A stretch of DNA of 63,948 nt, filler included, from Platydemus manokwari (taxonomy: Eukaryota), in the NCBI GenBank assembly GCA_037951405.1. It is 6 parts of 6 records of this genome, joined end to end, with 100 filler letters (N's around TTAATTAATTAA, not from the genome) between each part and the next. Parts side by side here need not be neighbours in the genome. Positions count along the whole stretch, not along the records: positions 1 to 15,303 come from JBBMOY011308094.1; 5 more parts are not named here. One strand, written 5' to 3'. The notes below the pieces were generated by a model, which was given only the letters and a program-made list of their open reading frames with translations, had not been told where the DNA came from and searched no databases. Below are positions 1 through 10,234 of the stretch, piece by piece (the stretch's first letter is position 1; each line of letters begins with the position of its first letter). Both the position numbers and the translations under genes were made by a program.

Positions 1-219
1 AATAGGAAATTAAACAAAAATTAATAATTATATGATAACCACTTTCATGAAATCATGAAAAATTATAAAAACCAAATGTTTGAATTTTTAAGTAACCATA
101 TTTTCATGTCTATTGAAAAGATAAAATATTTTTGTAAATCAAATTATTCATGAATTTATTGGTTTCTCTCAAACTTTTTAATCCAAATATATAGTGTAAC
201 TAAGAATCAATAAAACTAA

Positions 220-3200
220 AATTTATTTAAGCATAAAACATAAGTGTCTTAACGACACGGAGGAACAAGTCTTCAGACCGGCTTATATTAATAATAAAGT
301 TTTCATTGATTGGTTCAAATGCTCGTCTTCTTGGAGGTTTTTCTGTGTAGATTTTCCTCATTTCTTATTAGCATTTGCTAGTTGACGTTGTTGGTTTTTA
401 GTGATTTGTTATTGATTGGAAAGCTCGTATCCATGACAGATTTTTCATTTTTCTTAAATCGATATGAGCTTTGTACGCAATGCAGTAATTAGTAAGAATG
501 TAAATATGATCTGAGATTTGTCTAGGCTGATATTTGACAGGATCCAAGAACTCCAATGCTGGTTATGCTCAATCTGGTGTCGTTTTGAGTTTTAATTCTG
601 ATTTTCGTGGTGATATTCCGGTATTTTTCATATTTGTCGAATTTCTTATACGGATTTTGAGGTCCACTATATGAGCTAGGTGCTTAATTGTGTTCCTGAT
701 AATAGGATTTGGCCTGGACTTGATATTGAATTCAAGTGCAGCAGGATCAATATCTATATCGTAGCCTAGTGATTTTATTTAATTCCCAAGTTGGTCGAGT
801 ATGATGACATGTCTTTTGGAAGCTGCACAAAGTATGAATATATGCACATCTGTTTCCAGTTCGATTTTGCAATGAAGCACCAGAATGGATTTGTCTCTTT
901 TGATAAAATAAGGTGTGAAATTCAAAAATAATGGCTGTTCGTGAGTGATAGGTGAATATCCACAGGTCTGGTGATAATTGAAAGTTCTTTAGAGGTTTCT
1001 GTACGAGATGGGAAGCCGAGAAGCATTGTACCAGTTTGCTTTACTTTTCGTTATTGATCATTGTTGATTGACTTCCTACGATTGTCTTTCGAAAAGAAAT
1101 GTCGTGTCCGAGTTCACAATGACTTTTAATTGAATGTACTTGTTGTGCTGACTGAATTCAATATCTATCACCATCTCCATCAGTTTTCTGGATGCGATTT
1201 GTGGTTTGGTCCACAATGTTATAGATGTGCAGATCCAAAGAAGTGCAGTTGATATTTCTGAAGAATTCGTAAGTCTGTGTTTGATAAGATGAGTTAGATG
1301 CTTAAATATGAATGTTCTGATTTCCATGTCTAGACTTTTTGGTTTGATGATAGTATGTCTTTCGAGTCGATCCATTTAAGAAGACGAATATTTAAGTGTA
1401 AATTCAATAAGAGATATCCGTCAAAGCAATTTATCTCCATTATGTAACGATGTGTGAAGTTGATTGTTTGCCAGGTTTCAGGTGGTTTGTGTTGAGGAAT
1501 TGTTTTTGTTTTTTGGATCCTGTTGAAAAGCGATGGTAGAAACAAGTGGTGCGGATCAATCACTCTTTATAAGTGATATTATCTATTCCAGGTGGTGGTT
1601 TTGATAGTTTCTGGTACAAGCTGTCGAATTCAGCCGGTCTGATCTCTTTTGCGTTTGAGTTATCTAGATGGTGTGGTAGTGAAGGAGAAAAGCTGTTCGG
1701 TAATAATGGAGAAGTTGGTGTCGTGTTGTGTTGTATATTTTCTTCGTAACGATGTTGATGTGGAGGATGGTAAGACATTCCTGATGGTTTTCTTAAGCTC
1801 TGGGAGAAACTGGCCCCCTGGTTTGTGGTCGAAAGTTGATAGATCTGAGAAATGTAGTACTGATGGTTTAATTTTTTTTTGGAGCGCACCGAAGTGGTTC
1901 AGTTGTTGATAAGGCAGTTGAGAGTTTTTGGAATGGGAAAGATAGGAAAAAGGTAACAAGGTCTTGGTTCATGACTGCAAGGGCCATTTGTGGTTTGATG
2001 AAGATGTGGGTTTTGCTGTTAGTCATTTTGTTTACAAAAGTAAGCTTCTATGGCAGGGCTGGATAGTCATTGTGAATTGATGTCATCAGTGGTTACTAGC
2101 AGATTGTTCAGGTCATGTGGTTGATTTGACTGCAGATGTTTAGCTTTGTATTGGTTGAGATGCACTTTGAATGGTGTTACTGCTTCAATGAAGCCACAGC
2201 AATAATGTACACCGAATTTGAGTGGAAGGTTAATGTTATGTGTTTGTAGAAAATGTTTGGGTACAATTGCAGCGTTAGTGAAAGGGAATTTGTAAATCTT
2301 TGGAAACAGGTTACATTGAATGTTCCGCTCATTCATTAATGACATAAAGACCGATGTTGTTGGCTGATATAGTTTATACAAAAGTTTTGTGAGTGGAATC
2401 TAGTTCGTGTTTAGGCTGTAGGTTGCACTATTCAAGTTTTGCATTTGAGGAGAAGTCTCCGGAACGTTATCGTCGTCGGAGTCTGCATTATACGGTAATA
2501 GGTACGAGTCGAATGTGACTTGAGATATAGTAACATCGTCAATGTCAATACCCATGAGTTGATTAGTTGTTTTGTATTTGTGATGAAGTTGTTCCATGGG
2601 ACACAATTTCAGTTGGCAAGAGGTTAGATTGTGACAAGTACCCTTTGTTTGTTACCTCTTATTTACAAGAGAAGAGATTTGATTGGTTGGACCATTAGAG
2701 TTGGGTGGATGTGATTTTTGGTGATCATTCATTTCGAAGAGTGTGTTGAAATGTTTCCGTTTTTATCCCAGTTGACAAATAGTGTTTTGGACAGTTTTGT
2801 AGCAGTTGGATCAGGTACTAATGTACATATATGCAATAAACGATGGGCTTTTGTCTTAATTTAAGATTGTATTCTGTTTTGTGGTTTGTTTCGGCTTTGG
2901 AGTAGGTGACAAAAGCTCGGCGGTAAGAAGAGATATAGTATCCATGTCCATTTCGAGTAGGCTTGATAATGTGTTTTTAAATTATTTGGCACAAGTTGCA
3001 ACGGTTGTTTTGTTGTGTTTCGAATGTAACTTTGAATTCAGGGTTTGATAAGGTGCTAGTGATGGCCAGAAATGGTTTTTGTGGAACAGATAAGGCTTGT
3101 CTTTGAATAATTGCAAGTTTGAAAATGAGGTAATGTATGCGGTGGTACAACTGTGGCATTTACATTCAAAGTAGTATAGGAGCCTGTTCAGCATAACATG

Positions 3201-3340
3201 TTTTTAATGATGAACCTACCGTTTTGTACATCTTGCTGTTATTGGTCTGATTGAATCCGGTGAAGAGTTTTCTAAGCTTTTTGAGTATTGTTAGCAATTT
3301 TCACATTTCCTTGCAAGAAAATCCAGTTAAATAGAAACAT
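220..3340 (-). mobile_element. Decayed non-LTR retrotransposon of the restriction-like-endonuclease (R2/NeSL-like) group, RT core internally deleted
   Basis: Frameshifted minus-strand fragments occur in the expected order. First come N-terminal Cys/His zinc-finger-like pieces (CKCHSC, CNLC, KHFLQTH), then pre-RT 'KKTIRNVL'. RT domain 0/1 follows: 'PPPGIDNITYKE..IDPHHLFLPSLFNRIQKTKTIP' and 'NIRLLKWIDSKDILSSNQK'. A C-terminal CCHC-like 'HCKIELETDVHIFILC' is followed by 'RH', then RLE-like 'SRP..IIRNTIKHLAHIVDLKI' and 'IGVLGS', with AATAAA near 225. Confidence 0.8.
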
Positions 3341-4724
3341 TATACCATTTTTCTTATATGGTTTTATAGTATACTATAATATTATCTTATTTTAAAACGA
3401 ATTTCCCAGATATAAAATCCATATTACTAATATAAATCAATTTAGAAAATGCAGTGATTATCAAAGTAATGCAATACTATCATTTAGTGAAATTTTGTTT
3501 GGTAGATTACTTTGTAGAGATTATTTGTCGTCAATTTCTAAGAAGTGTTGGAGATTTCTAAAACGAATGGATACAATATGGTGGACACAGATTCGATTTT
3601 ACAATATTGATTTTTGACCAATAATTTATCCATGGTCAACTTATATTAATTAAAATTAATTAGAAATAATTAGATATGTTAAACTAAATCATTCAGAGAA
3701 AGTAGAAAAACAATAATAAGTGAGCAGTCAACTTAAAAATTGCAACATGGATTCTCGAAAATTCAACATCAAAAATAGTAGTGGTCAGAGAAAAACCAGA
3801 CAAATATATAAATAAGAGAAATATAGCGATTATTTACAACCAACAAATAAAAGAATTGATAAATAGTAATAATAAAAATCAATAATAATGCTGCAATAAG
3901 CAAACAACAATAAACAAAAATAATATCTATAAAAAGAAGCAACAAATAATTAAAATGAATGACAAACACATGACAACAACAAAAATAAAAATAGTAAACA
4001 AATAGCTACATTGTAATTACAGTAAATATATAATTAACAGATGCTCCAATATTATAACTACAATACTACATAATTTTTAATTTCTTTTAGATAACTGAAT
4101 TTTAAAAATTGGTTCTTTATTGAAGACAAAAGTAGATATCAAATCCAATATGCAGTAGTTCTGTAATTGTTGGTTTGAAAAAGACTACTTAGTCTTGGTT
4201 GTGACGTCGGAATTATTTGTGCCAAATGTGTCTAGATATTCATCACAAAGAAGCTCCATTCCAGTAAAAAGAATTAAAATGAATTCGAACTGTCGCTGTT
4301 CGTAACCGATACGACCTACATAGTTCATGTAATTCTCTAATCCAGGTCTCAAGTTGGTCACATTTCTCAATTGATTTTCGCACCGAAATTCAACTCGACG
4401 AAGTGCAAAAACCATTGCAATTTATTGTACAAGTATGCAAATTATCCGATATACACACATCCTCATCTTGCTATTTGATAAACAAAAATAATGACAAACA
4501 TTAGAAAAACATAGACAATCAACCATAAACCAGACGAGCATGCTTGTTAGAGATTTCACTGAGATTTACAAAATTAAAAATAACCAATCAGCACCTAAGC
4601 AAAAAATCAATTAATTATATATTATCATTATAATAAATAAAAAGATCCAACAATAATAATCTAGTTAAAAAATAATCAATATTATATTATCAAAATAATT
4701 TTTCATAAATTTTTAGAAATCAAA

Positions 4725-5387
4725 TCAAATTGTTGAAAGGGATTCTTCACTATTGCCAGGGAGACTATCACTAGAAGATGAAATTGATGCTACATCCTCG
4801 TGCGCTTTTAAAATAGTCGATGTTGCTTTTCTCCTGAGTTGATCACTGAGAGAAAGTTGGTTAAACATCAGGTTGGAATCGACCAAGGAAATTAATCGAG
4901 TTGGATCTGCATCGTTCAATGATATCGATATTGTACTTCCAGTATCGATTTCTTCTTCTATCGAAGCCAATCGAAGAGATTTAGATCGATTCGTTTCACA
5001 TAGTCTCGTAGAGTTACAAATCAATTTGGTATCTTTTACGGAAGAATTGTTTGTGAGAGCAGAGTACCTCTTAGATGTTGCGTCTTGACCTTTGATGATT
5101 TCATCATTATCCTTCTTTTTAGAACCTTTTCGAAATAATGCACGTACGACAGCATACCATGTGCGGTCTTTTGTGAGAATGTCATTTTTGATATTCTCAG
5201 GAATACTATCCAATCTCTGATCTTTATTGATTCTCAGGACTTTCTTTCTTGATATTGATCCCTCAAACTTTAATCCACAATCACAGCTTTTGCAGTTGGT
5301 TTTTTCATATGGAATGGGCTTCGATTTCAATGCGGAATTGGCCTCTTTCACAAAAGGCATGTGTCCATGCACTGAAGTCGGAATCAT
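4725..5387 (-). CDS. Intronless 220-aa Ser/Lys-rich protein of unknown function
   Basis: Uninterrupted 663-nt ATG-to-TGA ORF in AT-rich DNA, with an in-frame stop upstream. CKSCDC motif near the N-terminus; no recognisable domain. Confidence 0.55.
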   Translation of the reverse strand: MIPTSVHGHMPFVKEANSALKSKPIPYEKTNCKSCDCGLKFEGSISRKKVLRINKDQRLDSIPENIKNDILTKDRTWYAVVRALFRKGSKKKDNDEIIKGQDATSKRYSALTNNSSVKDTKLICNSTRLCETNRSKSLRLASIEEEIDTGSTISISLNDADPTRLISLVDSNLMFNQLSLSDQLRRKATSTILKAHEDVASISSSSDSLPGNSEESLSTI

Positions 5388-6535
5388 AAAAATTGTGCAA
5401 AAGCAACGAATATTTCCAAAAAAATTGTATTTACAAATAAAATCGAATCAATATTTCAAACTTTCAAATTATTCTACCAATCAATAGTGCAAAGAGAGAG
5501 ACAGAAAGATTAATATTTTTAAGTCTAAACTGGCAAGCATGCATACCACGAGAATACAACAAATCCTTTTGACCAATGAAATTCAAATCAGAATAGACTA
5601 CAAGAAATGTCTGACTTATATCTGAAACAACGTCACAAAATTTCACTATTTGAATTATGACCTTATTTAATTCAAATCGATTTTATCAATGAAATTTTCA
5701 ACAATATTTCGTTTCTTATAAAAAGGAAATGATTTGTTATGTTGGTAAAACATGAACCAATTATATTGCTAGGTAGGTGGCATGTATCGACATTGTTGTG
5801 ATCATTGTTTAATCTTCAATGAAAAATTTACATTCTAAAATAAGAATACAAATCGTTACAGATGAATTTTCTGCAGACAACCAGTTGTTTACAACAATTT
5901 TTAGTTGAGTTATACTTACTATAACTTGTAATTCTATCTGAGTTTTTATTGATATTGGATATGCTCACGTATTGAGAAGAATATCTATATTTTTATGGAT
6001 ATTTTCATTCACATTTTGAAATAATCAAGAGGATCTTTGATTTATTTCACTTAAAAATATTGTTTTTAATATAAGTATGTGACATTTTGTCCACTAATTC
6101 TATCAAAAATCTATAAATTTCTCTACAAAGTTTTGTATTTTCGGTAAATTTTTTGGCACAAGTTTTGATTGAAGAAATTTTCCTTAATTTACTCCCAATT
6201 TATATTCCCATTTTACCAGCCTCAAATAGATGAACTTTACCGTATTTGTCATTTGAAAATTTGAATAAAATTAATTTGATGTCCTAACGAAAATAGAACC
6301 AATTAATATTTTTTTATTTTTGTTTAAATGTTATTAATAATTTAGATTTACATCATCTCAGTGGGTTCCGATTTCCTAAGTCAAGATTTTACTTAATATC
6401 AGTATTATTAATAAGTTCACTTATAAGTTTATTTATGTAAACATGTAAAATCAATTGACCTTGTAACTTGTAGATTGAGTATTGAGCTTTAGCTTGATTA
6501 TTGACCATTAGGCCTACGTTTGTGAATTTATAACA

Positions 6536-6748
6536 TTGAGCGAGAGATTTCTAAATAACGATTTTTGTTTCAGTTATATACCATCTTGGGAAATGTATCT
6601 GAACAAACTTGAGCACTTACATAACAATCTCACTCCTACTCCAGAGATCCAATATGTAATCGGTGTTGAGCGCCATCAGACAGGTAGCGAAATAATGTTG
6701 ACATTGATTCTCCTGGATTTGAAAACGATAAACCTTAATCTCTATTGA
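6536..6748 (+). pseudogene. Possible fragment of a geminivirus/CRESS-type HUH Rep N-terminus
   Basis: CFSY-x30-ERHQTG has the same spacing as geminivirus Rep FLTY-x30-ELHxxG and shares LxxLxN..TPT. The HUH motif itself is absent. Confidence 0.35.
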
Positions 6749-6842
6749 ACTGAATGTACTGATAAGTTTAGAAGTGGTGTCTATCAATAATTAATTTCAG
6801 ATAATAGCTGATAGATATCCACTTACGTTGAATATTAAAAAA

Positions 6843-7050
6843 TGTAATTATGATCATACTTACAAAACAAAGTCAACAATCAATTCACAACGGGATCAGC
6901 ACTCGAAGGATAAAACAGACCAGAATTAACGACCATAAAAGATTGGTCATTAGAATCACCATCGAAAATAATAAGTTAGGGAGAAAGTCACAGATCACAA
7001 AACACTGGTAGTCATTACAGAGATAAAATTCTTTTTATAGACTTGTCGTG
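6843..7050 (-). repeat. Dispersed repeat, probable solo-LTR fragment (copy 1)
   Basis: Shares the blocks CAACGGGATC..CACTC, AAAGAT.GGTCATTAGAA, ACAGATCA, TGGTAGT and TTTATA with 50460-50660. Begins TGTAA on the + strand; TATA-like TATAAAA on the - strand. Confidence 0.55.
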
Positions 7051-7152
7051 CTTGTTTATCTGTTAAAAAGTTATCGGAAATTTTAATTAGTTATGGGAAA
7101 TAGCACGATATTATTGTAAGTAGGAATTATTTTTAATTTATTTTTGCTAGAA

Positions 7153-7288
7153 CAGTATTCCTCCTCCTAACCGCCATTTTTGGGGAATTGGAAAAATGTG
7201 GTAGTTAAGTGGAGTTTTATTTTATAAAAAACTTAATTTTTTTTTATCTTTGGAAGATTGTGAGTGGAAGTTAGGAAGAAAAATACTG
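7153..7288. mobile_element. MITE (Tc1/mariner-pogo type, TA target)
   Basis: Imperfect terminal inverted repeats CAGTATTCCTCCTCCTAAC / GTTAGGAAGAAAAATACTG, followed by TA. Internal sequence matches 45151-45630. Confidence 0.65.
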
Positions 7289-7399
7289 TATTTTAGATAT
7301 GAATTATACAAAAATATCTCTACTTCATTAAGTTTTGTCCATGCAATTGAGAAGGTAGATTACAACACTTAATTGGGATATCTTAATACAACTGTTGAG

Positions 7400-8200
7400 A
7401 AAGTGCATTTCTTGCTCCTTTGTTTCTTCTTGGTGTTTTCTGAATTCCGTGTGCTGAGTACCACCTTGACTATAATACGACTAAGACTATTTTTTTCAGT
7501 TTAGACTGCCTTAAATCGGCAATATCAACATTATCCATGTGTGCAGCTGGGTTAAATATTTATATAAGTAGAGATCCAGAAGTAAAACCGTGTGTTTTGT
7601 CTTGTACTTGAGTTGTATCTGATTGTTGTTTCCCTTATATTTCCCCTTTTAATTAATGATAAGCAGTCCTGATCGCACTATAAATTTTCCAAAAGAAGGT
7701 AAACCTCTAAAATTTCTCACGCAATGTTTTCGGCTCTCAGTCAGACAATCTTGGTGGTAAAACTTAACTTTGTAATGAACAACATATTTCTTCTAAATAA
7801 CTTCGTTTAACTTCCTGAGAAAGAGGTTTTTATTCATTACAGCTCTTCTGCATAATGTCTAAACATTCATTCTTCCAGAGATAAATTCGGTTTTGAAGCA
7901 TAACAAATGGTATTTACAATTTTTGTCATTTTAACCCAATAAAATAATCGTGCATAAAGTATTACCTAGTTTTGTTTGTATGTGGTAGCCCAGATACCAA
8001 ATTGAAACAAATATGGTTGATTGTTGAAATTTGCAGGAACAAGTTATATTGCTTGATGTTCTTCATTCATGTCAATTGATAATTGAGGATGGCGAATAAA
8101 TAAACTAGTTTTTTGATCGATTTCTAATTTCTATGACCTTTGCAATTGAGGTGTTAAACTTGATGTTCAGCGTTTAAAAATCATTTGTCGTTTGCAATAT
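7400..8200 (-). mobile_element. Decayed Ty3/Gypsy pol (integrase) remnant
   Basis: Minus-strand peptides 'LVPANFQQSTI' and 'RLFYWVKMTKIVNTIC' resemble the integrase zinc-binding (H2C2) region with its YW motif. Many stops and frameshifts; boundaries approximate. Confidence 0.45.
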
Positions 8201-10234
8201 ATAACTTGGATTCATTGAGGTCCATGACTTCAGTTCTATAATTAAAATAAAATAATCTTGAGAAACTATAATTTTGGAAAAATATATTAAACATCTGAAA
8301 ATAAATATTTTTACATTATTGCTAGAAATAAAGGTAAATAATTTTGAAAGTAGTTAACGAAAATAATTTTAAAAAACCTCATTGGAATGGCCGTTTAACA
8401 GAGAATAAACGAAAAGAAACATTAGATGGAAAGAGGCTGAATTCCAAGTTGTTATACTTGTTGGATTCCAAAAGAATCGAAGGTTGCAATCTGTACTTCA
8501 CATACACATACTAACTAGTACGATACAAATGTCTCCCAAACACGGCAAAACATTTCATAAAACAATCTAAAAATTGATGTTTTATTTCTCAAGTTACCAT
8601 TGGATTTATTGATTTTATATACTCGCAATTGGTCAACCCTTATGTGTGTGTATTACTAAGTGGCTATGTCTCTTTTCGAATTATTATTTTCCATTTAAGC
8701 CAACCGTGATCGGTTTGTTGCTATGCTTGTATGATTGCCTAGGCATGAAAACACTTACAGTGCTCAATTATGGGTTCCAAAGAGCAAGATTTCGTCTCAA
8801 TTCAATGTATTGGTACAAAGTATATTTATAAAGTTAATAGATTTTTTGTGTGACAAGTATACCATTAAATAGATTGAGTATCATATAAGATATTTATTAT
8901 GTTTCAAAAACACAGTGAATAAATTGTAGGAACTGGGACAACTGGTGTCTAGTTTCCTTATTTCCATTTTTCTTGAATAATTTAATTGTCAGAATTTTGA
9001 GATTATAAATTGTATTACTGCCTTGACTTAATTTTGTTACTTAAAATTGTCGAAATCACTTGAGTGAATTACGGCAAAGTGACTGAAAATAAATAAAAAT
9101 CTAGCAATACATTTAAACACAACTGGATTGAGTGAAACAGTTACAACTGTTATGTACTTGAATTAATAAATGTAGTTGTTGTATATTTTAAAGCTACCAT
9201 GAAACAATGAAATTAGTTTTCAAGAGTCAACGTTATGATTTAATCTTTCTTTGTTATTATTAACAGTCGAATTCTGTTAATATCGACTTATCCGTTGTAG
9301 GAAAAATAGTGATGTTAGAGATTATTAAATAACTGTAAAATAAATTAAAATGAGATAAAAAACCATTAAAAATCTAAATATGAGTGTCAAGACATCTAAA
9401 ATTTACTTCAGATCAAGGAGCAATTTTTGTGATTTGGTCAGACTGAGAGCGTGTTTTTTCGAAAAACCGTTTTGTTAAATTCTATAATTTCATTACAAAC
9501 CGTATTGATTTAAATACACCAAAAATACGCCAATTAATTTTTTCAAATCAGATTATTATTCAATTACAAAAATTATTTGATCGAAATAGTATTTTTTGCT
9601 GAACAACTGAGAAAACATATTTTTCCATTAATCAACGATCGGATTTGTGTTGTTGATTGGTTCGGTACATTGTAAATGCACATGGACAAATATTATGATA
9701 ATATATTTATAATATTTGATATATTTAACTTAATTGTGGATGATCAATTTGAATTTCGTATTTAATTAATTAATTATGAATTAATAATAAATCAATAATT
9801 AAGCTGACTAATTTACTTCAATCTGATATTGTAAATTAAAGTCAAATGGAAAAAAAGGAGAATAAATAGTGATTGGTGTTATTTGGAATATTTCTAATGG
9901 GAATTCATTTCAGATTAATCGATAAAAAACAGAATATGGTTGGAATAATACTTGAATATTTCAATACTGAAATGATCTAATGGAAATCTAAAATATAGTT
10001 TTGCCATTTATAAATTTTAGTGTACACCTGAAATTATTTTCATGATGGTTTTTGATATTGAGATAAATCGTAAAATGGGGCAGCTAATCGAAAACTAGTT
10101 TCAAATTTGATGAAAAAATTAGAAATGCTTAAGAGAAATAATTAAATGAACAATGTAATCATTTTGAATATATGTTTCGATGATTTTTTGAAATAATTAA
10201 ACGGTTAATTGAATCAAAAACACTGTTCCAAATT

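Noticed and set aside
2977-3194. Possible Ulp1-like protease motifs in the LINE N-terminus
   Set aside because: The Cys/His pattern fits zinc fingers better; no clear HW or QxxxxDCG motif.
4185-4470. 76-aa ORF and a gag-like 'LETWIRELHELC' peptide
   Set aside because: Too fragmentary to classify; probably transposon debris.
6391-6416. CAGTATTAT resembling a CRESS nonanucleotide origin upstream of the Rep-like peptide
   Set aside because: Mismatch at the nick site and only a weak AT stem; expected by chance in AT-rich DNA.
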